Of a stretch of DNA of 64,000 nucleotides, positions 23,823 through 36,220 are shown one piece after another. Under the pieces are notes generated by a model, which saw only the letters and a program-made list of their open reading frames with translations, was not told the DNA's origin and searched no databases. This DNA is from Isurus oxyrinchus (Eukaryota). The stretch is from the NCBI GenBank assembly GCA_026770705.1, contig JANJGN010000016.1, forward strand, positions 25,234,001 to 25,298,000, read 5' to 3'. Both the position numbers and the translations under genes were made by a program. How positions within the stretch are numbered: the first letter of the stretch is position 1; each line of letters opens with the position of its first letter.

Positions 23823-24969
23823 GCACCTGATATACTCCTCCTGCAGGGTGAGAGAGAGAGACGTTTGGGTTAGCTTGGGTATTCTAAGAACCACTCTTGG
23901 TTAAATCTGAAGGCCCCTTAATGCATCCTGGAGAGCGCTGGCCACCACTTGGATGGCCAGAGATTAGTGCGCTGCATGGCTGCCCAAAACCCTTCCCTCC
24001 TCTGCCCCACTCCACGTGATCGATTGATGGCAGCTTTGCCCATTGGACTGCATGCTGTGCTCTCAGCTCAAGTGCAGGCATTCTCCTAACCCATACTGCA
24101 AGGCTGCACTGCTAGCTTGAACCATGGAGGAGGCTGGCCTAAACTGGGATGATGACATTGCAAGGGTCTGCGAGCGCCTCCACCAGTGACTGCCCCATGG
24201 CCAGCAATAGCAAGGAGATTGTCCAGTCATCCAACTATTCTGCAGTCCAATAAAACGCTCATTATTTTGCAGTCTGTGCTCGAGGGGTGAAAAGCTCTGG
24301 AGGACTTGTTGGCACTTTCATGCCTCTGTGCTGCTTGACTGAGCAGAGATGCTAGAGGCCCGACTCCACGCATGTTAATATGGCTGCATCTAAGCTGTCT
24401 CAGCTGCGGAGGAATGGCCATTGTATACAAGGTTTCCCTAATGCATGGCCGCTTCCCTTCCCCCCACCCCGCACGTGCTTGTTCACTACCTACAACTGCA
24501 GGGCAGCCCATACCCCCCTCCCCTAAGTCACCTCAACCGCAGAGCAGTCCTTAACCCCTCCCCTAAGTCGCCTCAGCTGCAAGGGCAGCACTTGCCCCCA
24601 CCGGCCCCCTGCACCAAGCCACCTCAACCTCAAAGCTCAACAGGCAACCCTCATGAGTGCTGCGTAATGTTACTGTGCACTCACCTCTGAGTTCCCCTCA
24701 AAGTGCAGCTCACCAAGTGCACACCTGATATGTTTGTTGTGAAACGACAAATGGGTGGATGATCCAGCGAGAGGGCGATGATTCCTGCGGGCTGGCCATA
24801 TAATGATATGCAGATTTATTACAACGCGGTTCTCGATGTCCAATGGGCTGGGCAGACAATTGCGAACTGGTGTCACGACGTTGTGAAACCGATTTTTGGC
24901 CTCCTCGCCGTATTGTCCGCTCACACCGCCGATTACGCCCGATGCCAGCAGGCACGGAAAATGCCACCC

Positions 24970-25900
24970 AGAGCTGACAGTGGGGATTGGTGACTAAATG
25001 GACGGATGGCTGAAGGCACAACTGCCTTTTGCAGGTGATGGAGGTAGGTGAAGAAGAAAGAAGAAGAACAGAGAGTTCTCTGTATGTTGTGGGGCTGAAC
25101 CAGGTTACAGAGATAGGAAGCTGTGAGACCATGGGGAGATTTGAACATGAAGAGGAGTATTTTTAAACTGAGGCATTGGTGGATCGAGAACCAATCTAGA
25201 CCAGTGAGCACAGGAGTGACGGATGACTAGGATTCAGTGCCAGCCAGGATACATGCAGCAGATTTTTGGATGAGCTTAATTTTATGGAAGGTGCGTGATT
25301 GGCTGGAATAGCATTACAATGGTTGAGTCTGGAAAGAACAAAAGCATGGAGAGGGTTTCAGCAGCAGATGGAATGATGCAGAGCGGAGGAGGGTGATGTG
25401 ATGGATGTGGAAGTAGGCAGTTTTTGTGATGGAGAGTATATGGGGTCAGAAAGGACACTCAAGTTGTGAACAGTTTGGTTCAGCCTGAAAGAGGCATAGA
25501 AAAGATATGGTATCAGTAACTAGGGAATGCAATTTGCAGTGGAGGAACAAAGACAATGGCTTCAGTCTTCCCAATATTAAATCAGAGGAAATGTCTTATC
25601 CAGGACTGAATGTCGGACAAGGGCCGGGATATTCCAGCCCCGCTGCGGACAGACCAGGCGGCGCCCCAGCCAGAAGTCCATTGACTTGCGGGGGACTGGA
25701 AGATCCCGGCAGCAGGCAGGTGCCGAAAATCCTGCCCAAGCAGTCTGACAACATAGAGAGTGGAGAGGTCATGAAAGGTAATGGGGAGGGAGAACTGGCC
25801 ATCAGTATACTTTTGAAACTTGAAGCTGTGTTGAAGGGCAACACATAAATGAAAAATAGAAGGGGACAAGTACAGGTCTTCAAAAACTCCAGAAGTATTG
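24970..25900 (-). mobile_element. L2-like LINE 3' fragment (tail continues at ~15900-15983)
   Basis: Minus-strand peptide remnants (LKILLFMFKSPHGLTASYL) and an L2-type tail split by the outer Harbinger. Confidence 0.7.
25622..25737. mobile_element. Short Harbinger-type MITE (116 bp)
   Basis: GGCCGGGATATT / AAAATCCTGCCC ends, perfect AAG TSD. Confidence 0.85.
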
Positions 25901-26989
25901 GTTCATTTTTTGAGTTCTATAAACTTTAGAATGCATATTACATCTGAGCCTACAGGAAATTCAGCAAGCCAGGTGCTTCTCACTGTGTCAGGTTTGTCAC
26001 AGGTAAAGTCTGCGGGCTCTTTGAATTCCTTCAGCATGCCAACAGAAACTACCTACCAATTCCACTTTTCCAGTTAGAAGAGCAATTCATAGTCAGGGGC
26101 ATGCATTCCAGACAAAGAGATGCTCCGAGGAGGCAGATGCGTCAACGCGCATCAAGCTTGCAATTTACAATAACTACAGAACTGAAAAAAGAATTAATTT
26201 TACCGCATTTCCTAGATTGTGATTCTTTCAGGAAAGAAAGCAGTAGTTGCCTTGAGGAAATCACTGAGCTTCCACATTATCCCCTGCGATGTGGACACAT
26301 AGAAGGGCTCTATAGCATCAATGTTGAGAATCTTCACTGCCGTTAGTAGGTTATTGCAGATATCTAGATGTTCCTCCAAGACTTCACGAACCAGACAGTA
26401 CACCTCAGTCGCAGCTTCCCTGATGAGCTTAGCATCCTTCATGTACCCTCTATCATGTTTAGGGGGCTTTCTCAGTTGCAACGGATTTGACCCTGTGGTC
26501 ATAATTGCAGAGAGGCATGTGTTTCATATGGTTCTGCATATCTAGGTTGTTTTTCTCCTCCTCCTCCAGTGCAATATAACCACAAATGGCCCAACGCACA
26601 TCCACTGAGACAAATAAACTCCTCTCAGCTATTTGTTTCTGCATCTGTTTTGCTGGCTCATTTACATGCTCCAGTTCTTTAATGCAATAACTTTAGCTTA
26701 ACTTGGAGGAAAATATTCATGTTTCTATTTGGCTGTGCAGCTGCAGACTTCCTAAATTCATTTGCTAATCTTTATTAATCCAATTTTTGAAGGTTAGGAA
26801 TCTTCATATCAGCACTAAACATGGGTAAACAGTGGGTTAGTACTTCTGATTGACATTAATTCCCTTTTGATCATATCTAATTTCAGTAAGATTAGCACAA
26901 GAAGAAAGAGTATGACCCTAAATACCTGATTGTTTTCAAGTCAGGAATTTAAGGGAATCAACAAGTCTTGGGAAGTTTCTGATGAAAAT

Positions 26990-28700
26990 GGTGAAAGTAC
27001 CAGACCTGGGAGGTGGCTGAGGTGTGACCTAATAAAGGTCTTTAACAGCATGAAAGGTTTTGATAAAGCATGCATAGGCAATAAGTTTCCATTTATGAGT
27101 TCAAAACTTGGGGTCATAAGTATAGGCCGGGATTTTCTGTGCCCGCTGGCGTCGGGCGTGTTCGGTAGCGTGAGCGGACAATATGACGAGAAGAGCAAAA
27201 ATCAGTTCCACAACGTCATGAAGCCAGTTTGCAATTGTCCACTCTGCCCGCCAATGACGGGCCATGTTTCTCGCCATCGGATATTGGGGACCTCATTTTA
27301 ATACATCAGCATCTCATTATAAGGCTTGCGCGCTGGACTCGTCACCCGCCCCCTCCCCCGCCACTGGCTTGTCCGCCCACATCAGTGGGAAAACTGACAT
27401 CTTTCACAATGGCACATAAGTGACTTGCACCTGGTGGGCTGCACCTCACTCGGGGATTAAGGTTTGTTTGCCTACTTGCTTCGGTCAGCACTCGCAGTCA
27501 TCAGTGCCAGGCTTCACAGACAGCACATCGCTTTTAGGGGGGTCTCACAGGTAGGTCTCTACCTACCAGATTGGCCATATGTGGATGGCTTTTCAATGGC
27601 TGTAGGGTTAGGCCTTGCTTGGCGAAGGGGGAGAAGTGACCTCAGAGAAGGGAAGAGGTTGCAGGGTGAAGGTTGTACTGGGGAAGGAGGGTATCCTAGG
27701 GTGTGTGTGGGGGCACATGTTGATCTGTGCAAGTGGCTTCAAGATGGTGAGGGCTGAGGAGGCAATCTCCAGAGGAGGTGAGGCCAGATGGACATGTAAG
27801 GGTATGTGTATGAGAATGGGTGGTGATGTCCCTTGAGCTGGCAGTGAGTGAGATGCCAGTGAACGTGTGATAGGCTTGCGTGTGTGAGTTTAGAGTGATA
27901 AGACGGTCGCCAGACCCTGAATGCACAGATTCGTTCATCCTCTATCTGCATTGGATGACCAACATCTGTGCAGCAGTGGCATTGATCACCACTGCCATCG
28001 CCTACCAAGCTGGAGTGGTAATGTAGCTGCCCCTCCTCCGGCCAAAGTGGGGTTAGAGGACATCACAGCGGGCCTCCATGGTGTCCAAATGGCATTCCAG
28101 TGACGCGTCATTAAACTGGCAATCTTTTTGCCTTTCGTGGACATCTTCCCTGTAGTAGTTGTGAGCAGGAAGCAATGAGATGTGTGCGCTCGGCTGGACT
28201 TTAAATATGGCGGCTGATGAAGTGGCGAGGTGATGGCGTGGCGGGCGAATGAGAGTCCGCCTGCCATGGAAACGGCGCGTTTCCCGGGAAGGCATAAGTA
28301 ACGCGGCAGGTTTGGCATGATACGTTGTAAAAACCCGCCATCGCAGCCGGCGGGTAAAACGTTGTTTTGCCGGCCTGCTACCACACTTCATGCAAATCTG
28401 GGACAATTCTGCCCATAAGATAGACACTAATAAATTCAATAGAGAATTCAGGAGAAACTTTTTTACCTAGAAGGTTATATGTGGAACTCACTACCACAAG
28501 GAGCAGTTGAGGCTAATAGCATTGATGCATTAATAGCATTGATGCATTTAAGGGAGAAACTAGGGAGTAAATGATGGAGGAAGGAATAGAAGAATATGTT
28601 GACATGGTGAGGTAAACTAAGGTGGGGACCACAAACATCAGCATAGACCTGTTGGGTCAAATGATTTGTTTCTGTTCAGTGAATTCTACATAACTCTGTA
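26990..28700 (+). mobile_element. CR1-like 3' end, split by the 27125-28414 element
   Basis: RWLRCDLIKVF..GFD; GGGTCATAAGT-ATA-AGATAGACACTAATAAA rejoins across the insert. Confidence 0.75.
27125..28414 (-). mobile_element. 1.3-kb internal-deletion derivative of the outer Harbinger
   Basis: GGCCGGGATTTT / ACAATTCTGCCC ends, perfect ATA TSD; retains Myb exon 1 on the minus strand (FNDASLECHLDTMEARCDVL) and the intron sequence seen at 16500-16610. Confidence 0.9.
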
Positions 28701-28749
28701 TAAATCCCAGGTAAGTATTATAAAAAAATATAGAAAGAACTAGAGAGTT

Positions 28750-29060
28750 GTAAAGTCCCAGGTTGAGTTCCTGGTTAAGTCCGTGACCAGTTCTGAGGCT
28801 AACTGATCTTAACTAGGTTCTGGTAGGAATGCCACTGTTCACCATAGTCTCCTTCGGGTAGAGAGGGGAAAATATTGGCCAGGGTTGCCACTCCACATAA
28901 CCATTCAGTGCACGTGTTATGAGGACCGGATCATGTTCATCTATGGTGCTCCCTAGACATACAATGTCTCACATATGAAGAACAGTCACTCTGATGAGGT
29001 ACGAAGTATGAATCAAAATGTCCTAGCACAAGTCAATACATTGAGAAGGGAGGGGAGAAT
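28750..29060 (+). repeat. Old SINE-like interspersed repeat (related reverse copy ~34330-34740)
   Basis: Box-B-like GTCCCAGGTTGAGTTCC head and motifs shared with the reverse-strand segment near 34400; family not assigned. Confidence 0.35.
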
Positions 29061-31906
29061 TTTGCAGGTGAAATGGAAATAATAATGAAGGCAGATAAAG
29101 TAAGCAATTCTGTGCACCATTAAGTGTCTATGGTGAACCTTACTTTAGAGACTTAATAAAATTCATAATTTGCACATTGTTACGCTGACTAAACTAGAAG
29201 AAAAATTGCATTTCCATTTCTTTCAGCCATAAAAGGGACATTAAATAAAATGTGCTAAGAGACTAATGGCTATATCACTCAAGCTTTGGGTTATAAAACT
29301 AGAGTCTGAATCCCAGTCTCAACTGACATTCATGCTGAAATTCCCCATAGAGATCAAGTAAACTAGTCTCTGGTGGGCCATCTGGAGATCAAGGCAAAAC
29401 TGAAAGTTGGTATTCATGGCAGCTGTGAGGTGTGAGAAATTGCCCTGTTTTCTAATCTTGAAGAATAGTGAACGTGTAAATGTGAGGGTTTCATTCAGGA
29501 GGGAGGGGATAGACAGTGATAAAGCAAAACATTTTAATCAAAATATCAACCACTTTTACATTATCAGCAATTATCGCTAAATTGTTAGCCTAACTATTAG
29601 GTTACTTTCTTCATACTAGATTTGCACAACAATCAGGTTTGTGAGTCAAAAGTTTGAATCTTCTTTACTACTTTCTGGCACAATACTTAATTTGTAACTT
29701 TGAATGAAAAAGTGAGTCATACCAATGGAACAAAAATAAATTAAAATAAATGGGTTACTTTTAGCGTTAACGTTAGGAAATTTACACCATGCCTGATTTT
29801 CATGTTATTAGTATTCAGGAATGTTTTATCCAAGTCTAAATATAATTGTGTTCATGGATGGGCAAAATAAGAGATGGATCTGATAAAATTCAATCAACTG
29901 TATGACCAATCAGCATGGAACATGTATTCTGTAACACAAGATTTCATACAATTTTCTAAGAAATATATGCAGAAAAAGGGATTTCTTTTAAATGTTCAGC
30001 CATTCACTAGGCTCTCTAACACACTCTTTGGAACACCCTTTCCATATGTTCCACCTCACTTCTGAAAGATACACTGATTGTGATCTTCATAGCTAAAGCT
30101 GAAGACTTCATAAAGATGTAATAATAATATCCCAAGGCAAAATATGCTAAAGGAATCAGCTTTGTTCACTTTCCTTCTGCTCCACAAAAACTGGATGTGC
30201 TATGCAAAAGGTTACCTGTAATTTTTTTCAACAGGGAATAGAAGTGATAAAGACCAGAAATCATTTTGTCTTAAAAATTAATCCACACATGTCCAAGGGC
30301 TAAGGTGCTTGATAAATCCCTAATGCAGATGGACAGAGTAACCAAACCATTTTGTCCGTAGTACCAAACTCAAGGGAAAGATCACACATGGGTTTCAATT
30401 TAATGTTGTGAGATAATAGTTTCATGCTTGGGTTGCAGCATGAATGCAAGGACGTGAACTGTGTTAATTCAGCGAGCTCCATTTTGCTTACCAGAGCATG
30501 ATTGTCAATATTTAGCTCCCGGCATGTATGTCATGAATCTTTCTGGAAATTTGTTTAAATACATGATAAAACAATCCTCCAAGAGTCTAAGTTTTTTTTT
30601 ATAACTAGGTTAAGTTCCATTTCTGTTCTATTAATTGTTACTTTCTTAATTTATAAACAGAATACAGTTGAAACACGACTCTTAAAATCTCAGCAGTGTT
30701 TAGACATGGTTGAATTTAAAAGCTGCAGAACATAGTATAGTTTATCAGATAAAGATAGTGGGGAATTGCATTCTAGTCATGCCCACCTTTCCTAATTTTC
30801 CTTTCTCTATTTTGTCTCCCTTCCTGTTCCCCGAGGACTAGGGTGATTGATAGCCTAATCCAATGACTGTATTACAGCAGCCTCATCTTGGAATGTTTCC
30901 TTATCATTAGCAGTTACCCTATGGTTAAATTCACAGCTCAGTGCTTGATACAGCCCCTGAGATTTAAAGGTCTGGCCTTTAGAAAATATTTAAAATAAAA
31001 CTGAAATCTTGACAGTACTAAGATCTTGGTTCTTTCTGTTTTTTTAAAAAATTAATTTGACGTACAGTACCCTGGCCCCATGTAAGTCTATAATGTGACC
31101 AGCTGTTGCAACAACTAACTGAAACGCGCTGCTACATTAAGCAGCAACAAGCATGCCGTGACAGTGAAATACAGTATCTATATTTGATTTTTTTTAATAT
31201 GCTGACTAAGAGCAATGTTTGTTCTAAAAGCAAGAATGGAGACAATGTGGTTCAAAGATTTAAATCACTGCCCCATTTTGAGACAGTCAGTAAATGCAAA
31301 GCCGCCTGGAAAACGGCAGGAACTCCCAAGTGTAAAATAATGCATCTCATAAACTTCTATTCTGTGGAAATGTCAAGCCATGGCTGTATAGTACTTCAAA
31401 GCCAGTACCTGGCATTTTCCATTGTCTGCTCTGTTGTCATCAAGCAAACTTGAACATTGAAGATTAATGTAGGGCAGGCAACAGCAAACTTCTGATCTAT
31501 TATCACAGCTTAACACATATAGCACCTCCATTAACAGCAATATGCTCATGGCGGGGGATAAGCTTTGCTTAAATAACAAAATTAACATGTTTTGCTCCAT
31601 TTTATTCATACCAACAGATTTTTTTAAATAGTAAACTCAACAGCTTGAATTCTAGTACCATCTTAAGCAGGAGAATAATCAGCACATTTTGTTTTTTGTT
31701 TCTGCACAGCCTTAGCCAGATATGAAAATCAAATGGGCTCCCTGCAGGAAGAATTGACCATTGAAGAACACATTGCAGAGAAATGTAGGCATTGGGGGTT
31801 GGAGGTGAGGTGGGGGGGGAAATATGAAAATTAACACACAAGTTGGAAATCTGCAATAAAAGGCTGGAAATGTGCAGCATTTGTAAACAAAATAAGGGCT
31901 AACTAA

Positions 31907-32045
31907 GATAAAAGCAAAATACTATGGATGCTGGAAATCTGAAACAAAAACAGAAAATGCTGGAAAATCTCATCAGGTCTTGCAGCAAGATCTAGCTGAA
32001 ATGCTGCTAGACCTGCTGTGTTTTTCCAGCATTTTCTGTTTTTAT
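31907..32045. repeat. Penelope pLTR-derived fold-back element with 14-bp TSD
   Basis: Arms AAAAACAGAAAATGCTGGAAAA..CAGGTCT..CAGCA / TGCTG..AGACCTG..TTTTCCAGCATTTTCTGTTTTT; TSD TAAGGGCTAACTAA at 31893-31906 and 32046-32059. Confidence 0.85.
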
Positions 32046-32384
32046 TAAGGGCTAACTAACCCTTGCATATTTAATGGCTTTGATAAAGATGCTGGTTGGC
32101 CTGCTATACATTTCCAATATTTTCTGTTTTTGCACCAGAAAATTTATTTTTTCCACTTTTTGTTTCCCACTTTTGCACTCTACAACCCAAAGAAATACAG
32201 TCTCTAATCATTTATCTGAATATAAACTCCAGTAATAGTTATCTTATAAAACTATCAAAGTAGTTAATTTTAAGTAAATGTGATGAAGTACAGGGAGTTA
32301 TCATCTTAGCAGAAATGAAAGCATGTAGATGATGATAATGATTCTTTTGGCTCACAATATACATGACAAAGGCAAAGTCTACAT

Positions 32385-33064
32385 GGGCAGAATTTTGCCG
32401 TCGGCGAGCAGGGGACGGGGCCTGCTCGCCGACATGTAAAATGACACCGGATTACGTCAGGAGGAACCCCCGACGTCATCCCAGTCCATTTAAATGTTCA
32501 GAAAGGCAGGCCCACAGCAAAATCAGCTGCGGGTCCGCCGACCTGTCAATGGCCAATTGAGGCCATTGACAGGATCAATTATACAATTAAAGGACCTGCT
32601 TGTCCAACCTTAAGGTTGGCGGGCAGGCCAGGAGCCCCGGCAGGATGAGGTTTCATGTAGGGTTTAAAAAAGTTTAATAAACTTATTATGTAAATTATGA
32701 ACATGTCCCATCTCATGTGACATTGTCATATGAGGAGGGCATATTAGGGAATTTTTTTTTTACTTTTCATATTTTTCAAAGTGGAAGCGATCTCCCTGAG
32801 GCAGCACTTAGCCTCAGGAATATGTGTGCTCTTTCGTGCACATGCGCAGAAGAGCGCACTCTCGCTTTTGGGGAATCCCCACACCCCCACCCCCGGCCTG
32901 CACAGGAAGCGCATTGCACTTCCTGCCAGATGTCACGCTGGACGGGCCTTAATTGGCCTTCCCATTAAAATGGCGGCGAGGCCCACTTCTCTGGCGGGGA
33001 TCGTCTCCCCGCCCGCCGGAGATTGGGTCGGGTCCGTCCGCCTGACAGGCAGAAAATTCTGCCC
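32385..33064. mobile_element. ~680-bp Harbinger MITE (opposite orientation to the 44137 and 55084 copies)
   Basis: Perfect GGGCAGAATTTT / AAAATTCTGCCC TIRs, CAT/CGT flanks. Confidence 0.9.
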
Positions 33065-33395
33065 CGTGTGTTTTGTTTTTCTAATATGCACACTAAATAT
33101 AAATGTGAAAGGATAGTACACTAAAACGTATCTCTGCAACACAGACTTCAAGGTGCTTTTCTTTTCAATTCTACAGTGACTCTTCCCCCCAATTTACTGC
33201 AGTGCTGTGCTAATAAAAGAAATAGGCATTTCAAACTCAATCTCCTCCAACTGTCATGACTATTAGCCTTGTTGACCAGCAGTCAGCAAGGTTTGTGCAT
33301 TGGTAGAGAGATGATGTTATAAGTTGCTACAAGAGCCTCCCAGTTTCTCTACCATCTCTCAGGAAACACTGTACGGTGATGAGGGCAATACTTAC

Positions 33396-33515
33396 CAGAT
33401 ACACCACCATATGTGGTTCGCCTGTCTCTACCAACAGCAGGCACTGGTGTACCGTCTGCAAGTACTCCTATCAGCCCAGAGACTGTATTCGTTGCTGTAA
33501 CACCATTTGCACCAC
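33396..33515 (-). CDS. DPYD: DPYD coding exon (equivalent to human exon 18, 120 bp)
   Basis: CAG|GT GGT GCA AAT GGT GTT ACA GCA ACG AAT ACA GTC...GTA TCT G|GTAAG = (G)[39 protein letters not shown](G); phase fits the previous exon across a 294-bp intron. Confidence 0.97.
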
Positions 33516-33809
33516 CTGTGAGAAAAGGCAGCAGTTAATTAAATTCCAATCCACAGAAAGATACCTTTTTGACTTGGATTGAATTGCAATAGCTAAAGAA
33601 TAGACAACAATCATTTCAAAGTTAATGACACAGGTGGACAATCAAAGTAGGACAATATTAAAATAAAAGGTGTATTTTTAAAATTGAAGCATTTAAACAA
33701 TTTACAAGAATATAAAAGCCAGAAATAGAAAAGAATTAAAAGAAAAACAATTATTCTCCGAGTAGCATTTTACATCCCTGCGCAGTCAGTCCCCGCTATA
33801 GCTTCTTAC

Positions 33810-33930
33810 CTTCCTGAGCTGCCATCGCTATGTTTACAATGTCTGTGACGTTTGGGGTCAGCTTGGCAAAGAATGGAATCTTAACAGCTTGTCGTACCCA
33901 ACGGCAGATGTTTCGCACCAGCTTTGGATC
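33810..33930 (-). CDS. DPYD: DPYD coding exon (equivalent to human exon 17, 121 bp)
   Basis: CAG|GAT CCA...CAG GAA G|GTAAG = [40 protein letters not shown](G); KLTPN motif; part of ORF 33796..34026. Confidence 0.98.
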
Positions 33931-35149
33931 CTGTTCAAATGGGTCAGTTACAGAACTAGATGAGAAACTAATCTGATAAAGCTGTGCAGAGAGACTGGCA
34001 CAGCTTAATGCTGCCAATCTGCCCACACTGCATGCGACACTGAAGGCACTGTAACCATCTCATTATTTGATCCTCAGATCACAGCAGCAAACAGCAGAGC
34101 CGTAATAATATCATCTAATGCAATTACATTTTTCTTGTGTACAGAATAAGCCGAATGACTCAGCCTCCATTTATAATGGAATTTACAGCAATAATAGTAC
34201 TACTTGCCTACTGTAGCTAATGCTGATTGGCACAGATCAGTTGCTTTGAATTATCTATTTAGATATTAAAGCCTTTTTTTAAATAATAACATCTTTCATC
34301 TTTGTCCTGGTAACAAGAAAAAAACACTAAATCTTCTCCTTTCTTCTCTTGCCAATTTTTTTCCATCTCTTGAAAGCTTGGATTCTCTTCTTGGTTACAA
34401 TTTCATGTACACTAATCACCCTCTAAGTCCTTGCTCAAGTGCCATTTATTCACATGTGAGCCTTTACAGTGAGTGTTCAACCATGGGAAGGGATGGAGCC
34501 AGGGTAGAGCAACAACACAGTACAGCCTATTCCCATCTTTACTGGTTGTTCAGTTAGATATGCCATGATCTAAACTGAGTCACAGAACAGGTTTGAGGAG
34601 CTGAATAGCCTACTCCTGTCCCATTATTCGCACACTCACACCATGGATCACTGCACAGTGATCAACAACAGGGATTAAATTTCCTTACCCACATAATGCT
34701 AAAGCCAATTATAAATACCCAACTGGTGAGAGAAGGCAATTGGGAAAGGTAAGCATGGCCGGCAGGGGCCTATGGTTTCAATGTGACGCCAGGAGCAGTG
34801 GAAGTACCACTGCTATGTTCACAATTAGTAGTAGCACTCTGTGCTATGCACAGTGCTTGTTGCAATCAGTTGCAAACCTATTGTACAAAGGAGCCTGAAA
34901 CAGACAGTAGGCATAAGCAATGGACCCAAATCCAGTTTCAGTGGGTACTCCCAAAAACTGTTTGGTGCCTTAACCAATATGGTGTGTCGTATACTTAATG
35001 TGTGGACAAAGGACTCACATGTAGCATGCGTATCGGTCCTTTCTCCCATAAAACCCCACAATTTAACTTTTAGGCCATGGTGTTCATTTTTCAATTGTGA
35101 CATTAGTAGTCTTTCTTTCAGTGGCAGGAATATGGGTCCTTTCAGGACC

Positions 35150-36220
35150 ATAGAACATTTCACCCAACTTAACAATAAATACTTAGGTCCAGGAATAGGC
35201 CATTAAGCCCCTCGATCATGTTCTGCCATTTAGTTAGATCATGGCTGATCTATACCTTAATTTTATTTGTCTGCCTTAGTTCCTTATCCCTCGATACCTC
35301 GTCTAACAAAAATCTATTGATCTCAGTTTTGGAAATTTCAATTGATCCAGTAGCAACAGCCTTTTGAGGAAAGAGTTTCAGATTTACATTAACATTTACG
35401 TGTAAAAATTGCTTCATGATTAGACTCATAAATGGCCCAGCTCTGATTTAATGAATATGCCATCCTATTCCAGATTTTACCACAAGAGGAAATTGTTTCT
35501 CTTTTTATCAATTAGATCACCTCTTAACTTTCTACTCTAAGGAAGACAAGCTAAGTTCATACATCCTATCCTCATAAAGTAACCCTTTAAGATCTGGTAT
35601 CATTCTGGTGAATTTGTGCTGTACCCCTTCCAGGGATTCGGTGCCCCAAGATGAATGTAGTGCTCTGGGTGAGGTCTGACCAGGGCTCTGTATAACTGAA
35701 GCACCACTTCCTGAACTTCATTTTCCAAACTCCCTTCAAATAAAGGCCGACATTTTTTATTACTTTTTGCATTTCAGCACTAAACATTTTGCAATTCGTG
35801 TACATGAACACCTAAATCTATTTGCTTCTTCACAATTGCTAGTCTCTCACTCTTACGAAGACTGAGCTCCACCTGCCATAGTTTTGCCCACTCATAGTCC
35901 GGCTGTGTCCCTTTGTAACTTCCTGCTCCCATCTGCACAACTTAAGGAGTCTCCTGGCATAAGGTCAGCTGCAAACTTGGACATACAACTCTCTCTTCCT
36001 TTATTTAAGTCATATAGTGAAAATCTGAAGCCCCTATGCAGATCCCTGGAGAACCCCACTTATCACATATTACCGATCAAAGAATGTTCTCTTTATTTCC
36101 AATCTTGTCACCTTCCTGCAAACCAATTACTGACCCACATTAGAAGGTGATCTTTAATTCTGCGTGCTTCCATTTTTGCTAATAATCTCTTTTGCGGAAC
36201 TTTCTTGAATGTCTCCTGGA
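35150..36220 (-). mobile_element. CR1-like LINE 3' fragment, degraded
   Basis: Reverse 3' UTR (AGGAATAGGCCATT..GCCCCTCGA) and ORF2 remnants. Confidence 0.75.

Larger units (their letters stand above)
15984..24969. mobile_element. Outer PIF/Harbinger transposon (Myb gene on +, deleted transposase on -), interrupted by a second Harbinger
   Basis: Ends (..GTCCCAGATTTGCAC; GGCACGGAAAATGCCACCC) match the two ends of the 27125-28414 element in reverse orientation; left TIR eroded; inserted in an L2 3' end. Confidence 0.85.

Noticed and set aside
28988-29012. CTGATGAGGTACGAAG as a hammerhead core
   Set aside because: No GAAA and no convincing stems I/II; lies in a decayed SINE-like repeat
1-33395. 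DPYD exon 19 (TAIRPIALRAV...)
   Set aside because: Not found by eye; probably before position 1
33796-34026. 76-aa ORF as a standalone gene
   Set aside because: It is DPYD exon 17 plus read-through into flanking intron; the splice sites define 33810-33930
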